Positions 18,431 through 28,203 of a stretch of 64,000 nucleotides of DNA are shown here, in pieces. The DNA is taken from assembly GCA_048940445.1 (NCBI GenBank), contig JBHLON010000004.1:61910-125909 (forward strand), read 5' to 3'. Origin of the DNA: Promethearchaeota archaeon (GTDB lineage Archaea > Asgardarchaeota > Lokiarchaeia > Sigyniarchaeales > SOKP01). Both the position numbers and the translations under genes were made by a program. Numbering within the stretch: position 1 is the first letter of the stretch; each line of letters opens with the position of its first letter. The notes under the pieces were generated by a model that saw only the letters and a program-made list of their open reading frames with translations, did no database searches and was not told the origin of the DNA.

Positions 18431-20089
18431 TTAATCTAATTTTTTAGTTTTTAGATTTCTTAGTATCAGAACGGCCAATTCTGTTCTACCATCAAGATTT
18501 TGAGCGGCACTACTGGAGGTGCACCAGGCAAAAAAGTTATCTCCGGTAACATCTTTTAAATTTAGTTCCCTCTCGTGAATTTTACTATCAATGAAAGTTT
18601 TTTCAGCAATACACATTTTGCATTTATTTTTTAGATCCATCAGAGCTTCATAGCATTTCTTTCCAACTGTTTTTGACCCAAATTTACTTTTTGCCACATT
18701 ATTGCACCAAACAATATTAAAACCTTTATCGATTAAACATATCGGATCTGTTAATGAAGTAATTATCCCCGCTAATAATTGATTACTATTTTTTAGCGTT
18801 TCTTCAGCCCATTTACGTTCCAATGCACCTCCAATAATTTCAGAGGATGTTTTAAGTAAAGAAAAGTCTTCTTTATTCCAAATTTTCATTTTTTCCATAT
18901 TATCAAATCCTATAAATCCATATAATTCCCCCTTAATGGTTACAGGAAAAGCTAAAAAAGACTTAATTTGTAAACTCTCTAACTTTTCCTTCGTCGACAA
19001 AGCATCATCAGTAAGGATAGAAGTATCAGGGATATAAACAAAACCTTGTTCTCTGCATTGAGAAAGACACCAAGGATATTGTTCAATATGTATAACTATT
19101 GAATCTAAATGTTTAGGTTCGGTATTTTCAATACACCACTGTTGAGTAAAAAATTCTAATGAATTTTCTTCATTAAACAATAGGAGATAAGCACGGTTTG
19201 CTTCTAACAATCTTCCCATTTCTATTAATGATAAATTAATAGTCATATCGATATCAACATTCCCTATAAGTCTAGAAGAGATGGTCGATAAGAAGGATTC
19301 AATTTCTAATTTTCTTTTGATTGTCTCATCAAATTTCTTTTGTTCAGTAATGTCATTAATAATTGATTGTAGCAATTTTTTTTTCCCTAATTTAAGAATT
19401 GATAAATTAGATAGAATCCATGCATCTTCACCATTTTTTTTTGTAATTTTAAGCTCAAGCGGCTCTAAAAATTCACCATCTAATGTATTTTTATACCTTG
19501 ATTTGAGAATAGAGAGAAATTTTTTCCCGTACATTGTTAATTGCAAATAATTTTTCCCAATCAGATCTTGTTTCTCATATCCAAATAATCTAGTAGTTGA
19601 GATATTACAGTCTAAGATTTTGCCCTTTAAATCGATTAAAATAATTCCATATGGTGATTTTTGGAAGAGATGTCTGAATTTTTCTTCTGATCTTTTGAGT
19701 TCCTTCTCGATCCTTTTTCGATTAGTTATATCTTCTGTATGAACTACAACTAAATCAGGAGCTACAAAATAGTATCTAATAGATAAATATAGTCTCTTAT
19801 TAGTACTTTTCATTGTATACTTTAACTCTTTTACACTTCCCTTCTGTTCTGTTATACATTTTTGGAACTCTTTTAAAAGCTCAGGTTTATTCTCATAAAA
19901 GAATGAAGCTTTCTCACCTAAGAAGTTTTTTATTTTACCATTAGTGGCTTTTTCGGCAGCTATATTGTATTCGATAAGGATAAACTCATCTCCTACTTTC
20001 TGCCAGACATAGGTAGGAATAGGGAGGTTATTAAAAAAGTCTTCTATTTTTATTTCTGTTGCAAAAAGTTTGCTTTCAATAGATTCCAT
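18431..20089 (-). CDS. PAS-PAS-GAF-PAS sensor protein without kinase/output domain
   Basis: EDITNRK and NDITEQK PAC ends, GAF (FPV...LYGFIGFD...W..ED), final PAS with GKKCYE..C..C. Confidence 0.8.
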   Translation of the reverse strand: MESIESKLFATEIKIEDFFNNLPIPTYVWQKVGDEFILIEYNIAAEKATNGKIKNFLGEKASFFYENKPELLKEFQKCITEQKGSVKELKYTMKSTNKRLYLSIRYYFVAPDLVVVHTEDITNRKRIEKELKRSEEKFRHLFQKSPYGIILIDLKGKILDCNISTTRLFGYEKQDLIGKNYLQLTMYGKKFLSILKSRYKNTLDGEFLEPLELKITKKNGEDAWILSNLSILKLGKKKLLQSIINDITEQKKFDETIKRKLEIESFLSTISSRLIGNVDIDMTINLSLIEMGRLLEANRAYLLLFNEENSLEFFTQQWCIENTEPKHLDSIVIHIEQYPWCLSQCREQGFVYIPDTSILTDDALSTKEKLESLQIKSFLAFPVTIKGELYGFIGFDNMEKMKIWNKEDFSLLKTSSEIIGGALERKWAEETLKNSNQLLAGIITSLTDPICLIDKGFNIVWCNNVAKSKFGSKTVGKKCYEALMDLKNKCKMCIAEKTFIDSKIHERELNLKDVTGDNFFAWCTSSSAAQNLDGRTELAVLILRNLKTKKLD

Positions 20090-20275
20090 TTAAAATCTTA
20101 TTTAGGTTATTCAGTTTTTTTATAATTTTAATGAATTAGAATTATGTAGCATTTAATTTAATTTTATATGCACTTATTTATTACTAGCTTTGGATATTTA
20201 AGAATTTCTAATTTGAATTTTTTAGTATAAAAAAAATGGTTGAATCTCAATATTATAAGGAAAAAAAAGTCAAAA

Positions 20276-20563
20276 TTAGATATCAAGATCTCCAAATGTG
20301 TAGTGTTTTCTTATCGGTTTCTTAACATTCCATACACATTTTAAACCTTTTGGAAATTGGACTAAATCTCCTTTTTTAAACTCAATTTTTTCTCCTGTTG
20401 ATGAATCTGTGACCTCAACTTCCCCATCTAATATATAGCAGGTTTCCGTATCTTTATATGACCAATCAAAAACACTTTTTTCTTTTTCCCAGATCTCCCA
20501 AGATTTGACTTTTAGATTGTTTAATTCTTCTTCTGTTGGTTTCTTTTTTTTCATATATATCAC
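20276..20563 (-). CDS. Cupin (DUF861/EutQ-like) protein
   Basis: W..WE....FDW.Y...ETCYIL.G...GDLV.FPKG..C.W pattern; probable start at the second Met behind a GGTGA SD. Confidence 0.88.
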   Translation of the reverse strand: MIYMKKKKPTEEELNNLKVKSWEIWEKEKSVFDWSYKDTETCYILDGEVEVTDSSTGEKIEFKKGDLVQFPKGLKCVWNVKKPIRKHYTFGDLDI

Positions 20564-20690
20564 CTTGACATTTATTTATACTATTAGTATGAAACTTATA
20601 TATCAAAATCTTTATATTTTACTTTTTTACTTAAATTTTGAATTTTAATTTATATGTAAACAAATCCAAAAAATAAAAAATAAAAATTTT

Positions 20691-20718
20691 TATCTAATAT
20701 CTAATATCAAATATCTAA
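20691..20718. repeat. Short tandem repeat (TATCTAA)x4 with one variant copy
   Basis: tatctaa tatctaa tatcaaa tatctaa in a divergent intergenic region. Confidence 0.6.
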
Positions 20719-20895
20719 CAAAATAAGTATTAAACTTTAAATCAATAAAAAAGTAAATAGTCATTGAAGAATTAAATTTCAAATTGTAAAAGGAGTAAGA
20801 TATAAGATTCTTTAAATTAAAATACCACCCAAATTAAAAAAGTAAGCAAAACATAATAATACTTCATATAAAATATGTGAATAGGTTAAATAGTC

Positions 20896-21417
20896 GTGCC
20901 TAAAAAATTTATACTTAAGATTCTGACAGCTGGAGAAGGAGGTGTAGGGAAGACAACTCTTTTACATCGTTATGTTGAAGGAAAGTTTTCAGCTGAAACT
21001 AAAATGACGATCGGAGTGGAATTCTTCCTTAAGGAAATTGAAATCAATGGCCAACATTGTACACTTCAACTTTGGGATTTTGGAGGCCAAGAACGCTTTC
21101 GATTTTTATTAGAAAGTTATGTATTAGGAGCAAAAGGAGCGTTGCTCATGTTCGATTTAACTCGCCCGATCACTCTCGAAAATTTAGAACAATGGGTTAA
21201 TATTTGTCGAAAAGGGAATCCAGAGCTTCCAATCTTATTTTTAGGTACAAAAAATGATTTAGAGGATGAAATTATGGTCAACGATGAATATGCATTGAAT
21301 TTTAAGATTGACTTTAACTTATTTGACTATTTACGAATTTCGAGCAAGTCAGGAGAAAATGTGAGGTTAGCTTTCGATTTATTAACAAAAAGAATATTAC
21401 AAAAACAAATTTTTTAA
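20896..21417 (+). CDS. Rab-like small GTPase
   Basis: G1 GEGGVGKT, G2 TIGVEF, G3 WDFGGQERF, G4 TKND, G5 SSK; no C-terminal prenylation Cys. Confidence 0.92.
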   Translation: MPKKFILKILTAGEGGVGKTTLLHRYVEGKFSAETKMTIGVEFFLKEIEINGQHCTLQLWDFGGQERFRFLLESYVLGAKGALLMFDLTRPITLENLEQWVNICRKGNPELPILFLGTKNDLEDEIMVNDEYALNFKIDFNLFDYLRISSKSGENVRLAFDLLTKRILQKQIF

Positions 21418-21431
21418 CTCTAATTTATAAA

Positions 21432-21863
21432 ATGTTTAAAAATGCTGTAGTCATAGATTCTAACTTCATTTTACTTCCATTTCAATTTAAAATTGATTAT
21501 TTCAATGAAATAAATTTGATGTTGGAAGGTAAAACTTGTTTTATTATTTATAAACAAATATTAGATGAATTGGAAGCAAAAAGTAGGCGTCATTTAAAAA
21601 CTACTAAATTTCAACTTGAATTAAATTCAAGTTTAAGATATATTGATTCAAATCAAGAGAGATTTAATATTAAAATTATAAATAAAGTAAAATCTGAATT
21701 TGTAACAACAGATGCATTTTTGATCAAGCAATGTATTGATTTGAAAGAAAAAGAATGGCGTGTTTTTTTAGCTACAAATGATTCTAAGTTACGTAAGGAA
21801 GTAAATAGATTAGGAATTAGCACCATTTTCTTAAGACAAAAAAAGTACTTAACTTTTGACTAA
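21432..21863 (+). CDS. PIN-domain protein, Fcf1/Utp24-like
   Basis: IDSNF, ILDEL, TDAFL, ATNDSKL acidic PIN motifs. Confidence 0.85.
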   Translation: MFKNAVVIDSNFILLPFQFKIDYFNEINLMLEGKTCFIIYKQILDELEAKSRRHLKTTKFQLELNSSLRYIDSNQERFNIKIINKVKSEFVTTDAFLIKQCIDLKEKEWRVFLATNDSKLRKEVNRLGISTIFLRQKKYLTFD

Positions 21864-21934
21864 ATAAAGAAAAAATTTATTACCTTTTGATATTTCAAAT
21901 ATATACAATTAACAATCTGTAGGAATGCTTAGGA

Positions 21935-22459
21935 ATGTCCAAACCTAAAGTTTTTAAAATAATTATCGCCGGAGATGGAGGAGTTGGGAAAACAACTCTG
22001 CTTCACAGATATATTGAGGGCAAATTTATTGAAAATTTGCGAATGACTATTGGTGTAGAATTTTTTTTAAAAACATTAGAGATTGACGGCCTTGATATCA
22101 CTTTACAAATATGGGATTTTGGGGGTCAACAAAGATTCCGTTTTCTTCTTAAAAATTATGCTAGGGGAGCAAAAGGATCGCTTTTATTATTTGATCCTAC
22201 TCGCCCTATTACATTGAAGAGAGTCGGAGAATGGGTAGAAATATGCAGATCTGAAGATCCTAATTTGCCAATCTTATTTATTGGTTCGAAATCGGATTTA
22301 GAGGAATCAATAATTCTTTCTGATGAGTTTTTTGCTAATTTTAGGCAAACATATAACTTTTTTGACTATTTGAGAATATCTAGCAAAACTGGAGAAAATG
22401 TAGATTTAGCATTTAGATTATTAACAAAAAAGATAATTCACCATGTGAAGCTATATTGA
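21935..22459 (+). CDS. Rab-like small GTPase (paralog of 20896-21417)
   Basis: GDGGVGKT, TIGVEF, WDFGGQQRF, SKSD, SSK. Confidence 0.92.
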   Translation: MSKPKVFKIIIAGDGGVGKTTLLHRYIEGKFIENLRMTIGVEFFLKTLEIDGLDITLQIWDFGGQQRFRFLLKNYARGAKGSLLLFDPTRPITLKRVGEWVEICRSEDPNLPILFIGSKSDLEESIILSDEFFANFRQTYNFFDYLRISSKTGENVDLAFRLLTKKIIHHVKLY

Positions 22460-22460
22460 T

Positions 22461-23714
22461 TCAAATGCGAGATTTAACAATTTTATAGATATCTTCTTTG
22501 CTTAACATCACAGGGTTATTTTTTAATCCAGTTATACTCACTATTTTCTCAATATCCTTTACTTTTATGCCAAAATTTCCTAATCTCTGAATATCAAGGT
22601 CGTTGATCCATCTTTCTAAATTTTTAATTAGTATTGAACAATAGCTATCAATTTGAGTCAGATTAATCGATTTTTTACCATTAAGTAAGGCTCCAATACT
22701 AGCATATTTTTGTAATGCTTCTGTACCAGAGGAGCCCACGTTTTTTAAATTCATAATATTAAATTTAGTACTTTCAGCTAAAAGAGTTCCACATACTATT
22801 CCATGAGGAACTCGGAAAAGGCCCCCAATAGATGATGCTAATCCATGTATTATTCCCAATCCTGCATTTGCTAGACAAATTCCTGATATCAATGATCCAT
22901 ATGCCATTTTTGATCTCAGATTCAAATCAGAAGGACTTGTTGTAGAAACGGGTATTATAGAATCTTTCATATATTCCATACCATTATAAGCCAGAGAATC
23001 CGTTATCGGATTTGATTTATTCGAAGTATAAGCTTCTAGGAGTTGTGTAAAAGTATCTAACCCGCATGCAGCTGTAATTGATTTAGGACATGAAATTGTT
23101 AGTTCGGGGTCTATTATAGCATAATCGGGAATAAAATTATCATGACGAAGTGATTTTTTAAAACCCTTAGGTCCTACCTCACTAAGAACAGCATTTTTTG
23201 TCGCTTCACTCCCTGTACCAGCAGTTGTTGGAATTGCGATATAAGGAATTTTTATGCCATCATGTTTTTTTGTCCCAACACCCTCTAAATAGTCTTCGAC
23301 TGAATCCATTTTTAATAGCATTGCTGATATAGCCTTTCCAGCATCCATAACACTCCCTCCTCCTATTCCAACAATTAGATCGATCTTTTCATTCCTATAT
23401 TGATCTACAAAACTATTAATTTGGTGTGGTGATGGTTCCCCAGAAATAGACACAATAAAGTAATTGAGTGAATATTTATCGGATTCTTCTGTGATTTTTA
23501 TCCATTTTTTTGACTTTTTAAGCGAGCTTTCTCCTATAACATATAAAAGATTCTTACCATACTGAGGAACAATATCAAAGATCTGATTAATCATTCCAGG
23601 TCCAAATCTAATTTGTGGAATTGTAGAAAAATTAAAACTTAGAATCATAATTCTATCTCTTTTTCGTTTTATGGGAAGATTTTTTTTTATATTATAATCA
23701 AAATCAATATACAA
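22461..23714 (-). CDS. Iron-containing alcohol dehydrogenase
   Basis: GGGSVMD, PTTAGTGSE, GIIHG...HG; true start probably at MILSF. Confidence 0.92.
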   Translation of the reverse strand: MYIDFDYNIKKNLPIKRKRDRIMILSFNFSTIPQIRFGPGMINQIFDIVPQYGKNLLYVIGESSLKKSKKWIKITEESDKYSLNYFIVSISGEPSPHQINSFVDQYRNEKIDLIVGIGGGSVMDAGKAISAMLLKMDSVEDYLEGVGTKKHDGIKIPYIAIPTTAGTGSEATKNAVLSEVGPKGFKKSLRHDNFIPDYAIIDPELTISCPKSITAACGLDTFTQLLEAYTSNKSNPITDSLAYNGMEYMKDSIIPVSTTSPSDLNLRSKMAYGSLISGICLANAGLGIIHGLASSIGGLFRVPHGIVCGTLLAESTKFNIMNLKNVGSSGTEALQKYASIGALLNGKKSINLTQIDSYCSILIKNLERWINDLDIQRLGNFGIKVKDIEKIVSITGLKNNPVMLSKEDIYKIVKSRI

Positions 23715-23795
23715 TCATTAAACTTTTTATAATAAGATTTTTAACTTAATTTAAATAAATTGCAATAAAAAAAGAAAGTCCATAAGGAATTTAAA

Positions 23796-24134
23796 ATGAA
23801 AAAAGTCCATGAAAATGATTTTGAATATAGAAAAGGAGATAGCGGTGTAAAATATTTGATGCGAGGTCCAAGCATCGATTGGGGATTAATCTTACTCAAC
23901 CCAGGTGAAAAGATGGGAGATAAAGCTCATGGTCACAACATCATAGATGAAACATTTTACTTTATCGAAGGTGATGGTATCATGATAATTGATGATAAAG
24001 AATATAAAGCTCCCCAAGGTAGTGTGTACCTTTGTGAACCAAAAGAAATGCATAATATCAGAAATGATTCTAATCAACCTATTAAAATTGTATTTATCAA
24101 AGGAGAATACGAACCAGATGATAAGATTGAATAA
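23796..24134 (+). CDS. Cupin domain protein
   Basis: HGH...ETFY..EG and P.EMH.I.N motifs. Confidence 0.85.
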   Translation: MKKVHENDFEYRKGDSGVKYLMRGPSIDWGLILLNPGEKMGDKAHGHNIIDETFYFIEGDGIMIIDDKEYKAPQGSVYLCEPKEMHNIRNDSNQPIKIVFIKGEYEPDDKIE

Positions 24135-24159
24135 TCTAGAATCACTATAGGTAATTAGT

Positions 24160-24540
24160 ATGGCAAAAAAAAGTAAGAAAAAAAAAAAAGGTAAAGGAGG
24201 AAGCAATGTACCTCCAGTAATTACTCGAGTTAAATTTCCTAGTAAAGAATTAGGGGAAATGTTTGGAAGAGTAGTCGAAATATACGGAAATGATCGTATG
24301 GGAGTATTCTGCGAAGATGGAAAGCATAGAATTGGTAGAATTCGAGGTAAAATAAAGAAGAGAGTATGGATACGTAAAGGTGACCTTGTGATCGTGAATC
24401 CGTGGGATTGGGAAACAGAAACGAATGATGAATCTGGCAAGTGCGAGATAACTTGGAGATATACAAATGCAGAAATAGGATGGCTGGAACGTAAAAACAG
24501 GATACCTGAAATTTTGGATGTCAATAATATCCCCCTATAA
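24160..24540 (+). CDS. eif1a: Translation initiation factor 1A
   Basis: Basic N-terminal tail; RIRGKIKKRVWIRKGDLV..W; WRY. Confidence 0.95.
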   Translation: MAKKSKKKKKGKGGSNVPPVITRVKFPSKELGEMFGRVVEIYGNDRMGVFCEDGKHRIGRIRGKIKKRVWIRKGDLVIVNPWDWETETNDESGKCEITWRYTNAEIGWLERKNRIPEILDVNNIPL

Positions 24541-24692
24541 ACTAAATGATTTCATGGAAATTTAAATTGTAAAATATATTGTTGAGATTAAAAGCAAAAT
24601 TTTAAAATTTAGAAATCCCTTATTATCTTAGACTTTTTTTTCCAAGTTTTTTATTAAAAATTAAAATAATGGAGAATTCAAATAAGGATTAA

Positions 24693-25466
24693 GTGAGAAA
24701 TTTGGTAGATCAAGAAAATAGAGTAAAGGAGGATGAAGAACGAGATACTGATGTAAACAATGCGAGTTTACCAAGTGATCTAATAGATGAGGATGTTTCT
24801 ACCACTTTATTTGCAGTCAGAACCACGATTAATCAAGAAAGTAATATCTTAAAGCAAATCTTTTATAGGTTTAAAATTTTAGATGTCGTTCCGGATATAA
24901 GAGCTATGTTAATTAGTCCTTTATTACCAGGCTATATCTTCTTCGAGGCTCCTCAAAAGAGAGCTGTGCAGCTTGCTGTGCAAGGCATCCCTCATATTAA
25001 AGGTAGAATTGTTCAAAATATAAAATTGAAGGAGCTAAAGCATGTATTACTTCCAAGGAGTGTAACAGAATATTTAGAGGAAGGAGATACTGTTGAAATT
25101 ATTAGTGGCGTTTTTGAAGGGGCACGAGCAATTGTGATGCGTATGCCTCATGATACTTCAAGTAGCGAAGAAGTGGTTGTTAGATTATTACAAGAAGAGA
25201 CTCCTATTACAATAAAAATTCATGGAGATTATTTAAAATTAGTAGAAAAGAAAGCTCCTGAAAAGAAAGAGATACCAAGAGTAAAAGTTACCCAAGCAGA
25301 AATTTCAACAGATCTAGAAAAATCAATTACTTTTGATGATGAATATGGAGAAGCTGAAGAAGAGTATGCTGTTCGTGAAGCTCAAGATAGAATTGAAGAA
25401 TATGAAGAAGAAGAGGAAGAGGAGTTCGAAGAAGACGATGAATGGGCTAAATTTGATGGATTTTAA
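24693..25466 (+). CDS. spt5: Transcription elongation factor Spt5 with acidic extensions
   Basis: NGN domain (FAVRTT..QE...GYIFFEA), KOW (GDTVEIISGVF.G), long acidic C-tail. Confidence 0.88.
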   Translation: MRNLVDQENRVKEDEERDTDVNNASLPSDLIDEDVSTTLFAVRTTINQESNILKQIFYRFKILDVVPDIRAMLISPLLPGYIFFEAPQKRAVQLAVQGIPHIKGRIVQNIKLKELKHVLLPRSVTEYLEEGDTVEIISGVFEGARAIVMRMPHDTSSSEEVVVRLLQEETPITIKIHGDYLKLVEKKAPEKKEIPRVKVTQAEISTDLEKSITFDDEYGEAEEEYAVREAQDRIEEYEEEEEEEFEEDDEWAKFDGF

Positions 25467-25654
25467 GATTCAAATAATCATTACATTTATTCTTATTTTT
25501 TAATACAGAATTTGACTTCTTCTATTTATTCAAATTAAGATTATCAATAAATCTGAATTTCTTCTTAAACAATTATTTTCATATTTAAAAGAATTTTTAT
25601 AGAAGGATTTTCATAAATGATGTAGAAAGGTATTTTTTAGGAAGAAATTATTTT

Positions 25655-26410
25655 TTGATGACAATGATTAAGAATATCTTCATAATGAAATCGTCTGGAG
25701 AATTGATCTTTTATAAAACATATGAGGATATTTTCAATATTAAGCTTACTAGTAGCTTTTTAAGTGCAATTTTTTCTTTCGTTCAACAAACTCTAAGAAC
25801 AAAAGAGCTGTCAGAAATTGAAGTCGGGCCATTTAGATTTATTTTCGAAGTAGAGAAGGCTAATTCTAGTGAACTGATGTTTGCCTTATTTAGTGATCGT
25901 ACAGATAATTTAGTTGAATTACGAAATCAACTTAAAGAGATTAAAACTCAATTTTTAGAAAAATTTGATCTGAATCTAATCACAGAAAACTTTGATGGAG
26001 AAATTTCTAAATATCAAGGGTTTGAGGAAAATATTCATGATATTATGGAAAGAAGTAAAAGACTAATATCTGAAGAAGTACAGAGAGATTTAGTCGATGT
26101 ATTCCAAGAGTTACATACTTTCTCTTCCTTTGTAATCTCATCTGCCTTGCTGACTCAAACTGGAAGAGTTATTCTCTCGTATTTAGATACAAATGTTTTA
26201 TCTGAAATCATCCGACTTCTAGAAAGTCGATTTATTATAGGTAATTCCAGAATACACGAGTTGATATCCCTCGAAGATTATGGAATCCTATCCTTAGTAG
26301 GAATAGGCAATTTTATTTCAATTATTCAATTTAAAAAAAATTGCCCATTTGAGTCGGCTCTTATAATCTCTAAGAAATTTTCGGCGAGATTAAAAAAGCT
26401 TATAACATAA
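25655..26410 (+). CDS. Longin-like plus roadblock-like two-domain protein
   Basis: N-terminal IFIMKSSG.LIF...SSFLSAIFSF pattern typical of Asgard longins; C-terminal SALLTQTGRVILS resembles the roadblock fold. Confidence 0.6.
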   Translation: MMTMIKNIFIMKSSGELIFYKTYEDIFNIKLTSSFLSAIFSFVQQTLRTKELSEIEVGPFRFIFEVEKANSSELMFALFSDRTDNLVELRNQLKEIKTQFLEKFDLNLITENFDGEISKYQGFEENIHDIMERSKRLISEEVQRDLVDVFQELHTFSSFVISSALLTQTGRVILSYLDTNVLSEIIRLLESRFIIGNSRIHELISLEDYGILSLVGIGNFISIIQFKKNCPFESALIISKKFSARLKKLIT

Positions 26411-26698
26411 TTACATAATTTTTTGAGCTAAACCTTATTAGATTTGTTATTAGTAAATGATCAAGATCATTAAAAATACAAATTTATGATTAAAATTAAT
26501 AAACAATTTATCTAGAAATACAATTAGATTTGTTTAATTATTACTAAATTATAGCAATTTCTTGTAAAATTCCCAAAATGGACATTTTAAGTTTATATTA
26601 GAAAATGAAATTTCAACAAAATTAAAAAGTCAAATCTTATTTTTCTAATCATAATACTATCCCTATAAAATATTAAAAAATTAAAGAGGAGTTAAAAA

Positions 26699-28000
26699 GT
26701 GGAAGAGAAAAAAACCAAATTTATGAGCCAAGCTATTAATGATGAGATTTTAGATAAATTAAGCTTAAAAAATAGATATCAGTTCCTCAATACAGCCCTC
26801 ATGACTGCATTGGAACCAGAACAACTTAGTTTTCTTAAAAAAACTGAAAAATTTTGTATGAAATTTGAAAAAAAGCATAATGTCACTCATAGAACTGATG
26901 AGGATGTCTACCAATGGATTCCAGAATTCGGAAAAGAAGGTTTAATCTCCAGAGTACATCCATTTGACGAGATTGACCTAAGTTATCCTGAAAATGGAAT
27001 GGCTATAGAATTATTACGGTGCTTAGCACTTAACTTCTTTGATCCTCAATTCAGTATGGCAGGTGGGGCAACCGTATTAGCTATAAATCCAGTTTATTAT
27101 CATCATGAAAATATCCCCATCAGATTGGAAGTTCTAAAAAAATTTGTGACTGGAGAATCTCCAGGTGCAATCTTAATTACCGAACCGGAACGTGGTTCTG
27201 ATGCAGTTCACATGCTTTCATTATGCGAGGAACAACCTGATGGTAGCTTCATTTTAAATGGAGAAAAAATATATAATACTAATGCACCGAAAGCGGGCTA
27301 CGTTGTAGCTTATGCTACTGCAGAAAAGAATAATGGGAATACCATGGCGCAATTCCTTATCGATACTTCCTTAGATGGATGGGTTTGTGAACGAGTTTTT
27401 ATTCCTTGGGTTCCACGAGTTTTCCTTGGACATGAATTTTTTAGAGACTTACATATCCCTAAAGAATTTGTGTTAGGAGGAATTGGAAAAGGCCGTGAAC
27501 ATCTCTTTGAAGGCTTAGTGCCCGAAAGAGTTGGTATCGCATTAGACTCTACATCCCAGTGTTGGAATGCGATTGCTCATGCCGCAATTTATGTTAACAA
27601 TAGAAAACAATTCGACCAAGAAATCCTAAAGTTCCAAGGTGTTGGTTTTCTTTTAACCGATCTATGGGCAAGATTAACTAATGTCACCCTTGGGTTGTTA
27701 CGCTTTGCTGAAAAGTATGATGAGAAAGTAGAAAAGTTTGGCGGTGAACTGCCAAAGAATCTTGCCCAAGCGATGGTCGCATCTGCTTCGATGTTTAAAT
27801 ATCATTGTACGTCACTCTCAATGCAAATTTGTTATGAGGCTGCAAACCTTATGGGTGGAGCCGGGTTATCTGATAATACATTAATGCATGATCTTCTTAA
27901 CATCTCTAGGATTCAGGAGATTGTTGGAGGAAGCAGACAAATACAACAGTACATCATGTCAATGGCTATGAGGACATTATACAAGATGACTGGCATATAG
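26699..28000 (+). CDS. Acyl-CoA dehydrogenase
   Basis: ITEPERGSD, LNGEKIYNTN, RKQFD, MGGAG. Confidence 0.92.
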   Translation: MEEKKTKFMSQAINDEILDKLSLKNRYQFLNTALMTALEPEQLSFLKKTEKFCMKFEKKHNVTHRTDEDVYQWIPEFGKEGLISRVHPFDEIDLSYPENGMAIELLRCLALNFFDPQFSMAGGATVLAINPVYYHHENIPIRLEVLKKFVTGESPGAILITEPERGSDAVHMLSLCEEQPDGSFILNGEKIYNTNAPKAGYVVAYATAEKNNGNTMAQFLIDTSLDGWVCERVFIPWVPRVFLGHEFFRDLHIPKEFVLGGIGKGREHLFEGLVPERVGIALDSTSQCWNAIAHAAIYVNNRKQFDQEILKFQGVGFLLTDLWARLTNVTLGLLRFAEKYDEKVEKFGGELPKNLAQAMVASASMFKYHCTSLSMQICYEAANLMGGAGLSDNTLMHDLLNISRIQEIVGGSRQIQQYIMSMAMRTLYKMTGI

Positions 28001-28203
28001 TCCGAACTTTTTAATATTTTCTTTTTTCTATTTTGTTATTATTGAAGACTCAGAAACTTTATCCAAATTCAGGTCTTTATTATCGTTTTAATTTGCTAAT
28101 TTATATTTTTCTCATTATTTTAATTAGATATCATCCACATAAAAATTTATTAATATTAGTTTATACCATTTATTCAAATTTAAAACAAATGTCTTGATTA
28201 ATC

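Noticed and set aside
23892-24524. 210-aa minus-strand ORF, and other antisense or nested ORFs such as 34043-34570, 35859-36236 and 14491-14835
   Set aside because: They are shadows of well-supported genes on the opposite strand.
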